From Bacteroidales bacterium (GTDB taxonomy: Bacteria; Bacteroidota; Bacteroidia; Bacteroidales; F082): 64,000 nucleotides of DNA. Below are positions 1-9,630 of the stretch, piece after piece. Within the stretch, counting starts at the first letter, position 1, and the number at the start of each line of letters is the position of its first letter. Location of the stretch: NCBI GenBank assembly GCA_019454985.1, contig JACFNF010000009.1, forward strand, positions 31,692 through 95,691, given 5' to 3'. The translations under genes and the position numbers were made by a program. The notes beneath the pieces are model-generated. The model worked only from the letters and a program-made list of their open reading frames with translations, was not told the origin of the DNA and searched no databases.

Positions 1-213
1 GGCCTCCAAATAGGCGATCACCTCGGGATTTTCGCGCTCATTGAGCCAATAATAATTGTCAATACGGCTGTGGCCGTGTGTAACAAGTTCTTTTGGGATA
101 ATCTTTGCAACAGGTGGTTTCATGGTTTCTTTCGGCTGGGTAGCACATGCGATGGCAGAAAAGGCAACTACAACCATCGCGCTCATTTTCAATATGTTAA
201 GTTTTCTTTTCAT
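1..213 (-). CDS. ptrB: oligopeptidase B / S9A prolyl-oligopeptidase family, N-terminal fragment (gene runs off the window)
   Basis: Not in the ORF track because it is truncated. The reverse complement from the ATG at 213..211 reads MKRKLNILKMSAMVVVAFSAIACATQPKETMKPPVAKIIPKELVTHGHSRIDNYYWLNERENPEVIAYLEA. It has a signal-like start, then the HG..RIDNYYWL....PEV..YL lead-in typical of protease II N-termini. Confidence 0.7.
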   Translation of the reverse strand, partial: MKRKLNILKMSAMVVVAFSAIACATQPKETMKPPVAKIIPKELVTHGHSRIDNYYWLNERENPEVIAYLEA

Positions 214-227
214 GATATGGATTTGAA

Positions 228-2561
228 TTAAAACGTGAATACAAGTCCAACGCTGGGCATCAGGGGAAGTTGTCTTAGCACCTCGTTGGTGATTTGATCC
301 ACATAAAATACATTTTTACGGTTATAGATATTGGTTAAACTAAGGCTAAGTTCGATTTCCTTTTTTTCGGTGAGGTAAAACCTCCGTTTGGCATCGAAAT
401 CGAGGCGATGGTAGGTAGGCAACTGTCCGGCATTGAGATCGCCATAGATGATGCCTAACTGGCCGTTGGATTTATAGTAGTCGTAATTGATGCCTTGGCT
501 GAAAGGAAGATATTCGTAAAATCCCTGCACCTGGGTGAATGGGAATCCTGAGCCAAAATTCCAGCGGGCGCTCACTTCCCACTCTTTTTTGCTTCCGCCG
601 GTATAGCTAAGAATAAGGTTCACATTATGACGGCGGTCGTAATGTGGTCGGTAAGTAAACATCTGACCTGCTTTTTCCTCAAAAGTTTTATTCACATAAC
701 CCAAGGAATAAACTGCCCAGAAATAGACTTTACTGAATTCGTATTTCAAGGCCAGGTCGGCACCATAGGCTTGTCCTTTTTCGATGATAAAATCCTTTTT
801 CAGGCGGTCAGGCACGGTATAGTCGGCAGTATTTTCGTTGTACACCTTGTTACGGTTGAGGTTGGTAAGTTGTCCGAAATTTTTCAGATATCCTTCGATG
901 TTCAGGTTAAGGTGAGAAGTCAGATCGACCTCGGTTCCAACGATGACATGTGCTGCCTTTTGTAGTTTTGAGTTCACCGCTTTGCCATCGAAGGTTGAAG
1001 GAAGGTTGTCGGGACCCGACAGAAAACCATAGAAAAGGTTTACCACGTCGCGGTCGCTGTTGGCGGCTATCAGGTTTTGCGAATAGAGTCCTGTGGCGAG
1101 TTTGAGCCGCACCCTGTCGCTGACTAAATATTTGAGTGCCAGACGAGGCTCGGGCGATGCTTCGGAAAGAGAGGCGTAATACTGAAAACGCAGGCTCGGC
1201 TCGAAAAGCAGCTTCCCGAATGTTCCCTTGTAGCGCACATAGGCTGCCAGCTCAGTCGTATTTTCAATCTGTTCGATCTTGCGTCCGATGGCATTGGTAA
1301 AGTTGAACTCGGTGCGGAAGCCAAGCACTTCGATGCCGTATTTAATGAGGTCTTTCCCAAGGAAATAGGTAAAATGAAACCCCATATTAAAACCGTTGAT
1401 GCTGCTCGTTCGTTCGGGAGCGTTTTTCTCGGAGAGGTTGGCTTCATAAGCCGAATAAGCAAGGTTTCCTTCGATGAGCACGGGAGCTTTACCAGGGATA
1501 ATCAGGAAGTCGGAACCGCCGCCAACGGCTTTCCAGCCGAAATCTGACAAGGCCTTATAGTTGTTCACGCGGTCGTCGAAACCAAAGCCGAAAAAGTTCA
1601 CCTTGCTTCCATTGGCAGCATTGATTGACACTTTGCCATAGAGATCAAGGAAATTAAATGGAAGCCCGGCTTTATCAATGTATGAATAGATTTTCTTGCT
1701 GCTTTGTTCCAAATAAGAGTTTTTGGCCGAAAAGATAAATGAAGAACTTCCACTGTTTTGATCGCGAGCCTTGGCAATTGGCCCTTCTAAAAGCAGACGG
1801 GAGCCAAAGGTGCTGGCACCAATTTTTCCGGCCAGATTATTTTTATTGCCATCACGCGTGGTAATGTCCATCACCGATGAGATGCGTCCGCCATAGTCGG
1901 CGCTAAATCCTCCGGTGAACACTTCGGCATTGCGGATGAGATCAGTTTCGAACACCGAGAAGAGGCCGATACTGTGAAACGGGTTGTAAACAACCATACC
2001 ATCAAGCAGCACTTTGTTTTGAATGGGCGCCCCGCCGCGGATATAAAGCTGTCCGCCCTGGTCGCCGGTAAAAATCACGCCGGGCAACACCTGAAGATAT
2101 TGCGCCAGGTCAGCCTGCCCGCCAATGCTCGGCAGTTTTTTCAAAGTCTTGGGCGTTAGATTGATGACCGAGGTTTTCGTTTCACTCACTGCTTCCATCT
2201 TTTCGGCAGTCACATTGACGGTTCCCAGACTGATGGATGATTCTTTCATCATGAACTTCTTGTTGATCACCTCGCCCTTTTTCACCTGAATTTCTTCACG
2301 AATGGTATCGTAACCCAAATAAGTCACCAAAAGAGTATAACGGCCAGTAGGAATGCGGGTGATGCTAAAATAGCCGTTTACATCGGTTGAAGCTCCATAA
2401 TTAGTTCCTTCCAGATAAACGTTGGAAAAAATAATCGGCTCGCCCGATTTGGATTCATATACAAAACCGCGAATGTTGGCATCCTGTGCCTTCGTCACGA
2501 ACGGAGAGCCGCATAAGATTAAAAACATCAAACCGATGTTAAACAGGGTAAGTTTCTTCAT
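228..2561 (-). CDS. TonB-dependent receptor with CarboxypepD_reg-like N-terminal domain
   Basis: 777 aa with signal peptide MKKLTLFNIGLMFLILCGSPFVTKAQ. The N-terminal region IRGFVYESKSGEPIIFSNVYLEGTNYGASTDVNGYFSI is carboxypeptidase-regulatory-like. A plug region (GGQADLAQYLQVLPGV, YIRGG) follows, and the protein ends in the aromatic residue F typical of beta-barrels. Confidence 0.85.
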   Translation of the reverse strand: MKKLTLFNIGLMFLILCGSPFVTKAQDANIRGFVYESKSGEPIIFSNVYLEGTNYGASTDVNGYFSITRIPTGRYTLLVTYLGYDTIREEIQVKKGEVINKKFMMKESSISLGTVNVTAEKMEAVSETKTSVINLTPKTLKKLPSIGGQADLAQYLQVLPGVIFTGDQGGQLYIRGGAPIQNKVLLDGMVVYNPFHSIGLFSVFETDLIRNAEVFTGGFSADYGGRISSVMDITTRDGNKNNLAGKIGASTFGSRLLLEGPIAKARDQNSGSSSFIFSAKNSYLEQSSKKIYSYIDKAGLPFNFLDLYGKVSINAANGSKVNFFGFGFDDRVNNYKALSDFGWKAVGGGSDFLIIPGKAPVLIEGNLAYSAYEANLSEKNAPERTSSINGFNMGFHFTYFLGKDLIKYGIEVLGFRTEFNFTNAIGRKIEQIENTTELAAYVRYKGTFGKLLFEPSLRFQYYASLSEASPEPRLALKYLVSDRVRLKLATGLYSQNLIAANSDRDVVNLFYGFLSGPDNLPSTFDGKAVNSKLQKAAHVIVGTEVDLTSHLNLNIEGYLKNFGQLTNLNRNKVYNENTADYTVPDRLKKDFIIEKGQAYGADLALKYEFSKVYFWAVYSLGYVNKTFEEKAGQMFTYRPHYDRRHNVNLILSYTGGSKKEWEVSARWNFGSGFPFTQVQGFYEYLPFSQGINYDYYKSNGQLGIIYGDLNAGQLPTYHRLDFDAKRRFYLTEKKEIELSLSLTNIYNRKNVFYVDQITNEVLRQLPLMPSVGLVFTF

Positions 2562-2698
2562 TTCAACAACTTAAAATATAAAATCAGCAAAATGCCGACA
2601 ATTTTATCATTTTTTAAAAGGTGGGCAAAGTAACAAAAAAGAAGGATATAGGCTGCGAAAAACAAGTATGATGTTCCAATGAGAAAGGAAGTGGCGCA

Positions 2699-3436
2699 TC
2701 ATGTTTCATCTTTACGGTCTAGAAAATAGCGTATAACCACCGATGCACAATACATTCCAAAGATAGCCGGCATATACGAAATGGTTCCAACGGTACTGCG
2801 TTTATTCATTTCGCCGCTCTCGGCCCGGATACTCCCACGCGAGACGACTTCGGTGGAGTAAACCGCAGTGATGCCATCCCAAACACCAAGTTTGTGCAAC
2901 TTTTTGCGGATGTAATAGGCCAACCGGCATTGCTGGGTTTGCGAGATATCAACCACCTGTATGAGTGCAGGATCAAATTTACCACCGGCACCCATACTGC
3001 TTACCACTTTATGCCCGAGCCTGCAGGCATGGTAAAGCAGAAAAACTTTCGGCGCTAAGGTGTCAATGGCATCAATCACATAATCGTAAGGACGATCGAG
3101 TACATCGAGCAGCAATTGGTCTTTGACATAGGCATTCACCGTCACGATATGGATTTCCGGGTTGATATCGCGAAGTCGTTGCTCCATCACCTCGGTTTTG
3201 GGCCTGCCGATGGTGGAGTTGAGCGCCGCCAACTGTCGGTTGCGGTTGCTGTGATGCACAGTATCGCCATCCACTATCGTAAGCCGGCCAACGCCTGCGC
3301 GGGCAAGCTGTTCGGCAGCATAAGCCCCCACTCCGCCAAGCCCGGCAACCAACACATGACTGCGTTCCAAGCGTGCCAATCCATTGTCACCAACCAAAAG
3401 GCGGGTGCGCGATTGCCAATCGGGTTTTGTCATCAT
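2699..3436 (-). CDS. tcdA: tRNA threonylcarbamoyladenosine dehydratase (ThiF/MoeB-fold, TcdA/CsdL type)
   Basis: 245 aa. Contains the Rossmann motif VLVAGLGGVGAYAAEQLARAGVG..TIVDGDTV..SNRNRQ and a short single-domain ThiF-family layout. The 4-nt overlap with the upstream TatD-like gene suggests co-transcription. Confidence 0.75.
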   Translation of the reverse strand: MMTKPDWQSRTRLLVGDNGLARLERSHVLVAGLGGVGAYAAEQLARAGVGRLTIVDGDTVHHSNRNRQLAALNSTIGRPKTEVMEQRLRDINPEIHIVTVNAYVKDQLLLDVLDRPYDYVIDAIDTLAPKVFLLYHACRLGHKVVSSMGAGGKFDPALIQVVDISQTQQCRLAYYIRKKLHKLGVWDGITAVYSTEVVSRGSIRAESGEMNKRSTVGTISYMPAIFGMYCASVVIRYFLDRKDET

Positions 3437-4116
3437 TTTGAGTTAAAAAGCCGGACAAAATTACGAAAGATGCTGTCACGAAGCGATTCTTCCGTTTCTC
3501 CGCGAAGCATGGCAGCCCAACGATAGATCTCAGCAATATCAATTTCGGAAGTATCGGTTTCAAGAAAAAGGCGCTCAGGCGGCATCATTTTGACACTTGC
3601 AGCAGCATTGCTTTTTTTGTCGAAAATAGCCTTCCCAAACGAAAGATAAAAACCCGCGCGAAGCAACTGAATCGCTGTGGGAGGTTTCCCCGAAAAGCCA
3701 TGAATCACGCTCGTTATATTTTTTTTCGGCTTGGAAAGTAAAAGGTCGAAAGCCCTGACAGAATGAATCACCATGGGCAAACCCAACTCAAGGGCAAGTT
3801 CTTGTTGCCAGCTCAATGCGTGCTGCTGCAACGCCAGCGGAACGGCGATGGCACGGTCTAAACCCGCCTCGCCAATGGCAACAGGCCTTAAACGATGCAG
3901 ATCGTCAAGCAGTTGCCGCTGTAACGCTTCCAGACCGGTCTCAGTAAGTTGCCAGGGATGAATGCCAACCGTGCAATACTCAGGCCGTGCAACCAATTCT
4001 CCAGTTCCGGCCATTAGGCTGACAACCGAAATAACATCGCCGGCACTCACCAACGGCAAGTGGGTGTGAAAATTGACATAAGGCAACCGAACATTCATGT
4101 TGATGACATTGGGCAA
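3433..4116 (-). CDS. TatD-family metal-dependent hydrolase (short form)
   Basis: 227 aa. Has the N-terminal FHTH metal motif (YVNFHTHLP), an internal IGEAGLD and a later IHS/ETD motif (PMVIHSV, FLETDTS), as in TatD/YjjV DNases. Confidence 0.7.
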   Translation of the reverse strand: MPNVINMNVRLPYVNFHTHLPLVSAGDVISVVSLMAGTGELVARPEYCTVGIHPWQLTETGLEALQRQLLDDLHRLRPVAIGEAGLDRAIAVPLALQQHALSWQQELALELGLPMVIHSVRAFDLLLSKPKKNITSVIHGFSGKPPTAIQLLRAGFYLSFGKAIFDKKSNAAASVKMMPPERLFLETDTSEIDIAEIYRWAAMLRGETEESLRDSIFRNFVRLFNSK

Positions 4117-4208
4117 TACAGCAGATTACCGGCCTACATACGGAATTGAGCTTTAATCGTCAGTTTAACCTCGAATGGTTTATTGACTGTAATCCTCAGG
4201 CATCATTT

Positions 4209-4886
4209 TTATTTAGCTTCTAATCGTTTCATCAGATCTTCAAGATAATCAACCTGAACCTGCTGTATTTCGAGCAATTTTTTATTCTGATGGACAAGTA
4301 AATGGTCAATTTTCTCGCTTAAAAGCTTGATTTCTAACTCTGCTTTAAGATTCACCTTATAATCGTGTTCGGCGCGCTGACGGTCTTTTTGCTCCTGCCG
4401 GTTTTGACTCATCATAATGATTGGAGCCTGTACGGCAGCTAAGCACGACAGAATGAGGTTGAGCAAAATAAACGGATACGGATCGTAGGGTTTCATCAAA
4501 TTAACCCAAACATTAATTCCCATCCATACCAGGATAAAACAAAAGAAAAACAGGATGAAAGTCCAGCTTCCACCAAAATCGGCTATACGGTCGGCCAATT
4601 TCTGACCTATCGTAAGTTTGGCTTCAATATCGGGTTCGATGTTTTCCGAAAGGATCGAATTCTCCTTCACTGCTTCCATAACATCCTGATCAATCTGAGC
4701 CAGCTCGCCCCTCTCCTGCTCCATCAGACGGGTGAGATAAATCCGTCGGTAACGATTCAACTGGTCAAGATTAATTTTGTCTTCGGGGCGAAAATCAGGG
4801 TTATCTTCTTTGATAATTTCATAAATCTCCGGTCGGATATCAAAACCGGAAGTCAAATAGGTCTGCGTCAATGATTTGGTTGTCAT
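4209..4886 (-). CDS. DUF1003-family membrane protein
   Basis: 225 aa. The motif ADRIADFGGSWTFILFFFCFILVWMGINVW is followed by a second TM segment and a coiled C-terminus, matching the DUF1003 pattern from memory. Confidence 0.6.
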   Translation of the reverse strand: MTTKSLTQTYLTSGFDIRPEIYEIIKEDNPDFRPEDKINLDQLNRYRRIYLTRLMEQERGELAQIDQDVMEAVKENSILSENIEPDIEAKLTIGQKLADRIADFGGSWTFILFFFCFILVWMGINVWVNLMKPYDPYPFILLNLILSCLAAVQAPIIMMSQNRQEQKDRQRAEHDYKVNLKAELEIKLLSEKIDHLLVHQNKKLLEIQQVQVDYLEDLMKRLEAK

Positions 4887-5000
4887 GGCTTCATTGCTTT
4901 TCTTATTGATGTTTATGTTAGAATCGGCTCATCTGGCTGAAATTTGTCCGGCAAAAATAAAATAAGCCGGGGCGAAGGCAAACGTCAGCGTTTTTTTTCT

Positions 5001-6011
5001 CTAAATACGCTGAAACTCGATGGTTGGCCAGCCTTTTTCACCACTATTGCTGTAAAAACCAATAAATCTCAGTTTAAAAACAAAACCGCTACGGGTTTTT
5101 ACAAAATAGACATTTTCGGGTCGGATTTCGTAATACACATTTCCGCTGTTCACATCGCCTTTCACCTCTTTCCAGTCGTAACCGATAATATCGGGTTTTG
5201 CCGTAAACGGGAGGTCATCAATTATTTCGGCCTGTATGCTGTCGAAATCAAGCCCTTTCACCAAACAGGCAAGAGTCTGCTCAGGATTGAGCAGGACTCC
5301 GGTGACCAAATAAGGATAAGGCTCGCCTTCGTTAGTAAAAAGCATGGTTGTATATTGGGTAAAAAGCAAGTCGTAAGCCTGTCCCGAAGGCTCGGGATAG
5401 CATTGCTCGTTGGTTTCAAACGAGAAATAGGCGAAGTTGCTGCTCCCCGATTTAGAGACGGTTGCACTCAAGGCTTCGTCACTATTAAGCAATCCATACC
5501 TGAAGAAATAATCGTTGCCTTTGAGGCTGTCGAGGATGATTTTGCGGTAGCCCAGACTGTTACCAAGGTCGTCATAGCCCAGATCAATCACATACACTTC
5601 ATGGCTGTAGAGGGTGTCGGCTCCTTCGATACGCATCCAGCCTCGAAACACCAATGAGTCGGCATTGCCCGACGAAGCATCAAAGTCGAAACGGAGGCCG
5701 GCAAGGTTTTTCACATCGTTAAACCGATAACGTCCGCTGGCTGCAGCCATACTGAAATTGGCTGAATTCAGAAAAATACCAGCCTTGCCCGGCCGGTTAT
5801 CGAAAACCAGACCAAACGCATTTTTATCGCTCTGTCCTCTGATCACTGAATCTTCCAAACTGTAGTAAAACTGGTATTTATAGGTCTGGGTCATTCCAAA
5901 AGAAGCCGTAATCTTTCCGCCACGGTCGGTTGGCGCGATGCGTTCATCCTCCTTGAAACAGGATGTGAGCCCCAGGGCCATCGCAAAGAACAGGGCAAGA
6001 TTAGTTTTCAT
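5001..6011 (-). CDS. HmuY-like lipoprotein (putative surface heme-binding protein)
   Basis: I start it at the internal Met (MKTNLALFFAMALGLTSCFKEDE), which gives a lipobox LTSC followed by an acidic KEDE surface-export-like signal. The longer track ORF (to 6170) would overlap the receptor gene by 170 nt. The C-terminus YFVKTRSGFVFKLRFIGFYSNSGEKGWPTIEFQRI resembles the HmuY C-terminal strands. It overlaps the receptor stop by 11 nt. Confidence 0.6.
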   Translation of the reverse strand: MKTNLALFFAMALGLTSCFKEDERIAPTDRGGKITASFGMTQTYKYQFYYSLEDSVIRGQSDKNAFGLVFDNRPGKAGIFLNSANFSMAAASGRYRFNDVKNLAGLRFDFDASSGNADSLVFRGWMRIEGADTLYSHEVYVIDLGYDDLGNSLGYRKIILDSLKGNDYFFRYGLLNSDEALSATVSKSGSSNFAYFSFETNEQCYPEPSGQAYDLLFTQYTTMLFTNEGEPYPYLVTGVLLNPEQTLACLVKGLDFDSIQAEIIDDLPFTAKPDIIGYDWKEVKGDVNSGNVYYEIRPENVYFVKTRSGFVFKLRFIGFYSNSGEKGWPTIEFQRI

Positions 6012-8247
6012 GATTCCGGCTGAATTTTTGAAAGCGGTAGGCCGCACGCACAAAAAAGGTTCTGCCCCATGCCACGGGTGCGCTTCCATCGCCGGCTCCG
6101 CTGTGGATTCCGCCCTGGCTATCCCCGCGGATGAGGATATTCGTGTTGCCAAACAGATTTTTCGCACCAAACTGTACCGTCAGTCGCTGCCCCAAAAAGC
6201 TACGCGACACATTGGCATCGAGCGAATGATACGCATCCATCAGGCTGCGAAATATTGCCCCGTCACTGTTGACAAACACTTCGGGATAAGCTCCATTGTA
6301 TTTATAATTCACATCGAAACGCAAATCTATCTTACGCCACAACAGACTGAGATTCGCCATAATATCAGTGCTATAAATCATTTTCACGGCTGCGGCTCCA
6401 TCCGTAATCTGCCTTCGACCTATTTGCCCAACCCCGGCTTTCAACTCAAACCAGGGGTAAAGCCGGTTATGAAATGAAAGCTGATAGCCCTGAGTAATCA
6501 TGCGGTTCAGGTTGACGTAGGTATAAAGGGCAGAGTCGTAACTGAGTGTGGCCAAGGTAATGCTGTTGTTGATTTTATTATAAAAAAAGCTTAGATCAGC
6601 ACCATAGTCATAAGTCTTTTTTTCGTGATGATAGCTCAAAGCAAGGTTAATATTCTTCGAATTTTCAGCCTTCAGATTTTCATTTCCCCTGATATTGTGG
6701 TTCACATCCACAAACTCGAGGTACAGCTCTTTGAGCGAGGGTGCTCTAAATCCTTTGGCAAAGCTGGCACGAAGGCTTAGTTCTTCACGCAAATCCCATT
6801 TCAGATTCAACGAATACACCAATGGTGCATTGTATTTGGTATTGAAGCCATATCTGAGGCCGGGTTGTAGCATCAGCAGCGGTGTGGGCTGTAATTTTAA
6901 GCTGAGAAAAGCCGCATAATCGCCAATTTGTTGTCGTTCGTCGAGCATGCGCTTGCCTGCCCCTGTTTCCTGATTCAAGTCAATACCAAACTGGTAGTTA
7001 AACCGGCTTTGGGTCGTGCTTTTACTAAACTCAGCCCTCAACAAATATTGCCCAAAGACCGAAGTATCCTGGTCGGAGCCATTCATAGTGAGGTTCTTTT
7101 CCAGGGTAGTCAGGTCAACGAAATAGGTATTTTTAATTCTATTGTAGTAAGAATAAGAAGCCAACACATTGATAAAACGATCTTTAGCCACTGGTGCCTG
7201 AGCATCGAACTTGGCCGAAAAACGATTGGTCTGGAAATAATTATCGAAAGCTGTTTCATAATAAGGCCTGAGCAAGTTGCCCTTATCCTGAAGCATCTCG
7301 TTGAAATATGAAACAGCTGTTTTGGCTTTAAGCTTGGTTGAAGTATATCCCAGATGAGCATCGGAAGTGTATTGTCGTTTGGGTTTCCATCGCATACTAC
7401 GCTGGTCTTCAATCTGATCGAAACCGTCGAAGAAGTTGCGTGCAGCAGCTATCCCGCTTGTCCAACGATTTTTTTTGAACGAGCCATCCATTGAAAAGTT
7501 ATAAACTCCTATACTTTCGGTATAGGCATTGGTCTGCACACTTATTGTGGAATAAGGATTGTCGCCGGTGATGATATTGATGACTCCTGCAAGCGCATTG
7601 CTTCCATAAATCACCGACATTGGCCCTTCGATCACTTCGATCTGTTTGATATTTTGAAGATTGAGCTGCCCCAGATCAATATTCCCATTCATCCGGCCAA
7701 TGAGCGGGACGCCGTCAATTAAAAACTTAATATGTTCACCTCCAAGTCCCTGCATGGTAATTTTCGAGCCCAACGCCCCATCCATCGAGGAACGGATATT
7801 GAGCTCACCAGCCATGAGCTCGCCCAGATTGGTGGACGCTTTTTGCTCAACCTGTTTCAAACTAATCACTTTCACCTTGAAAATGGATTTATCCACAGCT
7901 TCGGGGGTAAACTGGCCAGTAACCACCACCTCATCCATATTGTAAACCAAAGGTTCGAGCTTAATGATCTTTTTACTGCCGGTTTTAAGAGTGTCCGAAA
8001 ATAGCCGGTAGCCGAGGGCGCTCACTGTGAAAGCCAACGGCTCGCGGCTGCTGACTGCGATTTTTCCATCCAAATCGCTGACGTAAGTTTTGAATTCGCT
8101 CTTTCCGCGTTCTTGCATCATCACATGGGCAAAAGGCACAGATTCGCCATTTTTGGCGTCTTTCAGCCAGAGCTGTGCCTCCTGAGCCGACATCCTGAAT
8201 GAAATCAGCAAAAGCCCTGTTAAAAAAGTAAATCCAAAACGCATCAT
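6001..8247 (-). CDS. TonB-dependent receptor, heme/hemoglobin-receptor-like (HmuR-like)
   Basis: 748 aa with signal peptide ..FRMSAQEA, a CarboxypepD_reg-like N-terminus and a plug domain. The barrel carries GFRAPSLKELYLEFVDVNHNIRGNENLKAE, i.e. a FRAP box, a His and an NxxL box in the order described for heme TonB receptors. It is flanked on both sides by HmuY-like genes. Confidence 0.7.
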   Translation of the reverse strand: MMRFGFTFLTGLLLISFRMSAQEAQLWLKDAKNGESVPFAHVMMQERGKSEFKTYVSDLDGKIAVSSREPLAFTVSALGYRLFSDTLKTGSKKIIKLEPLVYNMDEVVVTGQFTPEAVDKSIFKVKVISLKQVEQKASTNLGELMAGELNIRSSMDGALGSKITMQGLGGEHIKFLIDGVPLIGRMNGNIDLGQLNLQNIKQIEVIEGPMSVIYGSNALAGVINIITGDNPYSTISVQTNAYTESIGVYNFSMDGSFKKNRWTSGIAAARNFFDGFDQIEDQRSMRWKPKRQYTSDAHLGYTSTKLKAKTAVSYFNEMLQDKGNLLRPYYETAFDNYFQTNRFSAKFDAQAPVAKDRFINVLASYSYYNRIKNTYFVDLTTLEKNLTMNGSDQDTSVFGQYLLRAEFSKSTTQSRFNYQFGIDLNQETGAGKRMLDERQQIGDYAAFLSLKLQPTPLLMLQPGLRYGFNTKYNAPLVYSLNLKWDLREELSLRASFAKGFRAPSLKELYLEFVDVNHNIRGNENLKAENSKNINLALSYHHEKKTYDYGADLSFFYNKINNSITLATLSYDSALYTYVNLNRMITQGYQLSFHNRLYPWFELKAGVGQIGRRQITDGAAAVKMIYSTDIMANLSLLWRKIDLRFDVNYKYNGAYPEVFVNSDGAIFRSLMDAYHSLDANVSRSFLGQRLTVQFGAKNLFGNTNILIRGDSQGGIHSGAGDGSAPVAWGRTFFVRAAYRFQKFSRNHEN

Positions 8248-8255
8248 AGGTCTGA

Positions 8256-9509
8256 CTAATGTTGCAACATCACTTTGGCAAGCAGCAACCTCCCATTGAT
8301 CCGCATCTCGGCAATATAAAGTCCATCGTGAAGATGGCGCAAATCAACCGAAGCAAAACGGTCGTTGACCAAAGCAGAATGAACCCTTTTCCCTGCGAGA
8401 TCGTAGAAAACGACTTCGGCGGTGCTGACCACATCGTCATTTACCCCAAGGCGCAACAAACCGCTGGTCGGGTTTGGGCTCACAACCAGTGCATTGTCTC
8501 GTTGATGGGAATCCAAAAGCCCTGAAAACGACAGCAACTCTTTCACAAAAGCGGTACTCCCCGTTGCTTGCCCACTAAAAAACTCGGGAAAAAACTTATA
8601 GATATTTCCATTCCGGTTTTTGATAAAATAGACCAAAGAATCTTCAACCGTCCAGGCAAACTGGCTCATACTGAACTCTTTCCATTCATGCCCGATAGGG
8701 GTCCGGTATTCTTCAAAAGGCTTAGCCATCCAGTCGGCAAAACCGACCTCAACAGGATGATGTTTTGCAACGCCAACGCCATTGTTGCTTGCAATTCCAA
8801 CGACCACATAATCAGAGGGTTGATTGTTATTGTCATAAACAATCGCGGAATAACGACTGAAAACCAAATCCCAACTATTGATATCCGGCTCACGATCAAT
8901 AGCCATTCCCAGACTCAGCGAATAGTAAAGAAACATACGATTGTCCATATAAGGTGTAATATCAAGCACTTCGCTCTTTTCGTTGGAACCATCAATGTCC
9001 GCATATTTGAAAAAATAGGTGTTGGTTACCGAGTTTTTTGACTCGATGAAAAGTTTTTTCAAGCTGCCGTTTGCCAGTTTGACAATGAAAAGCGAGTCGC
9101 CATTCACACTGTGGTTGATGGTATTATACACCCCCCAGCCATAATCGGGATGTCCCAAAGCATGGCGATTAAAGGCTCCATCCTCCCAGACAGTATCGCT
9201 GTTGACCATTGGAGTCCACTCATCAATTTGGCTGACATCCACATTGTTCCATGCGTTTTTATCGCCCAATGGATAGGTAAAAAGCTTGACTCCACCACCA
9301 TCATTCATCTGAATTCCTGCGCTCCAACGGTTGGTATAAAAGGCAATTTCCCAGTTGGCCCGCGTCTCAATTTTCACAATGCCGCTGTCGAGGCTGTAAA
9401 ACACATCATTGGCATAACCGGCTCCCATGGAAACGGTATCGCGAACAGGGTCGGCTTGCAGTTGAATGCTCATGAAAAGAATAAATAAAAAAGAATAAAT
9501 GTTTTTCAT
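8256..9509 (-). CDS. secreted protein with two HmuY-like repeats and a T9SS C-terminal sorting domain
   Basis: Start chosen at MKNIYSFLFILFMSIQLQA (the track ORF begins 24 nt earlier at 9533). There are two HmuY-like segments (NWEIAFYTNRWSAGIQMN.. and SWDLVFSRYSAIVYD.., and YFIKNRNGNIYKFFPEFF). The C-terminus LVVSPNPTSGLLRL...FYDLAGKRV...DGLYIAEMRINGRLLLAKVMLQH is a type-A T9SS CTD. Confidence 0.65.
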   Translation of the reverse strand: MKNIYSFLFILFMSIQLQADPVRDTVSMGAGYANDVFYSLDSGIVKIETRANWEIAFYTNRWSAGIQMNDGGGVKLFTYPLGDKNAWNNVDVSQIDEWTPMVNSDTVWEDGAFNRHALGHPDYGWGVYNTINHSVNGDSLFIVKLANGSLKKLFIESKNSVTNTYFFKYADIDGSNEKSEVLDITPYMDNRMFLYYSLSLGMAIDREPDINSWDLVFSRYSAIVYDNNNQPSDYVVVGIASNNGVGVAKHHPVEVGFADWMAKPFEEYRTPIGHEWKEFSMSQFAWTVEDSLVYFIKNRNGNIYKFFPEFFSGQATGSTAFVKELLSFSGLLDSHQRDNALVVSPNPTSGLLRLGVNDDVVSTAEVVFYDLAGKRVHSALVNDRFASVDLRHLHDGLYIAEMRINGRLLLAKVMLQH

Positions 9510-9630
9510 AATAGGTATATTATTATTAATCAATGTTTTAATGAATTATTCAAAGACAACTCAAAGGCCTAAAAATCAAGTCAAGGCCTGATTTCTCCGG
9601 AAAAAAGAAAAGAAAGGGAAGAAATTTTTA

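Noticed and set aside
6012-6170. The longer version of the HmuY-like lipoprotein ORF, starting at 6170.
   Set aside because: It would overlap the TonB receptor coding region by 170 nt. The internal Met gives a clean signal peptide plus lipobox (MKTNLALFFAMALGLTSC).
4944-6477. Plus-strand ORFs 4944..5657 (237 aa) and 5938..6477 (179 aa).
   Set aside because: They are antisense shadows of the HmuY-like and TonB receptor genes, with low-complexity, family-less translations. The same reasoning applies to 16378..16821, 26105..26518, 26547..27026, 27470..27904, 28121..28558, 39642..40064, 41815..42252, 42808..43248, 50258..50743, 51047..51448 and similar track entries.
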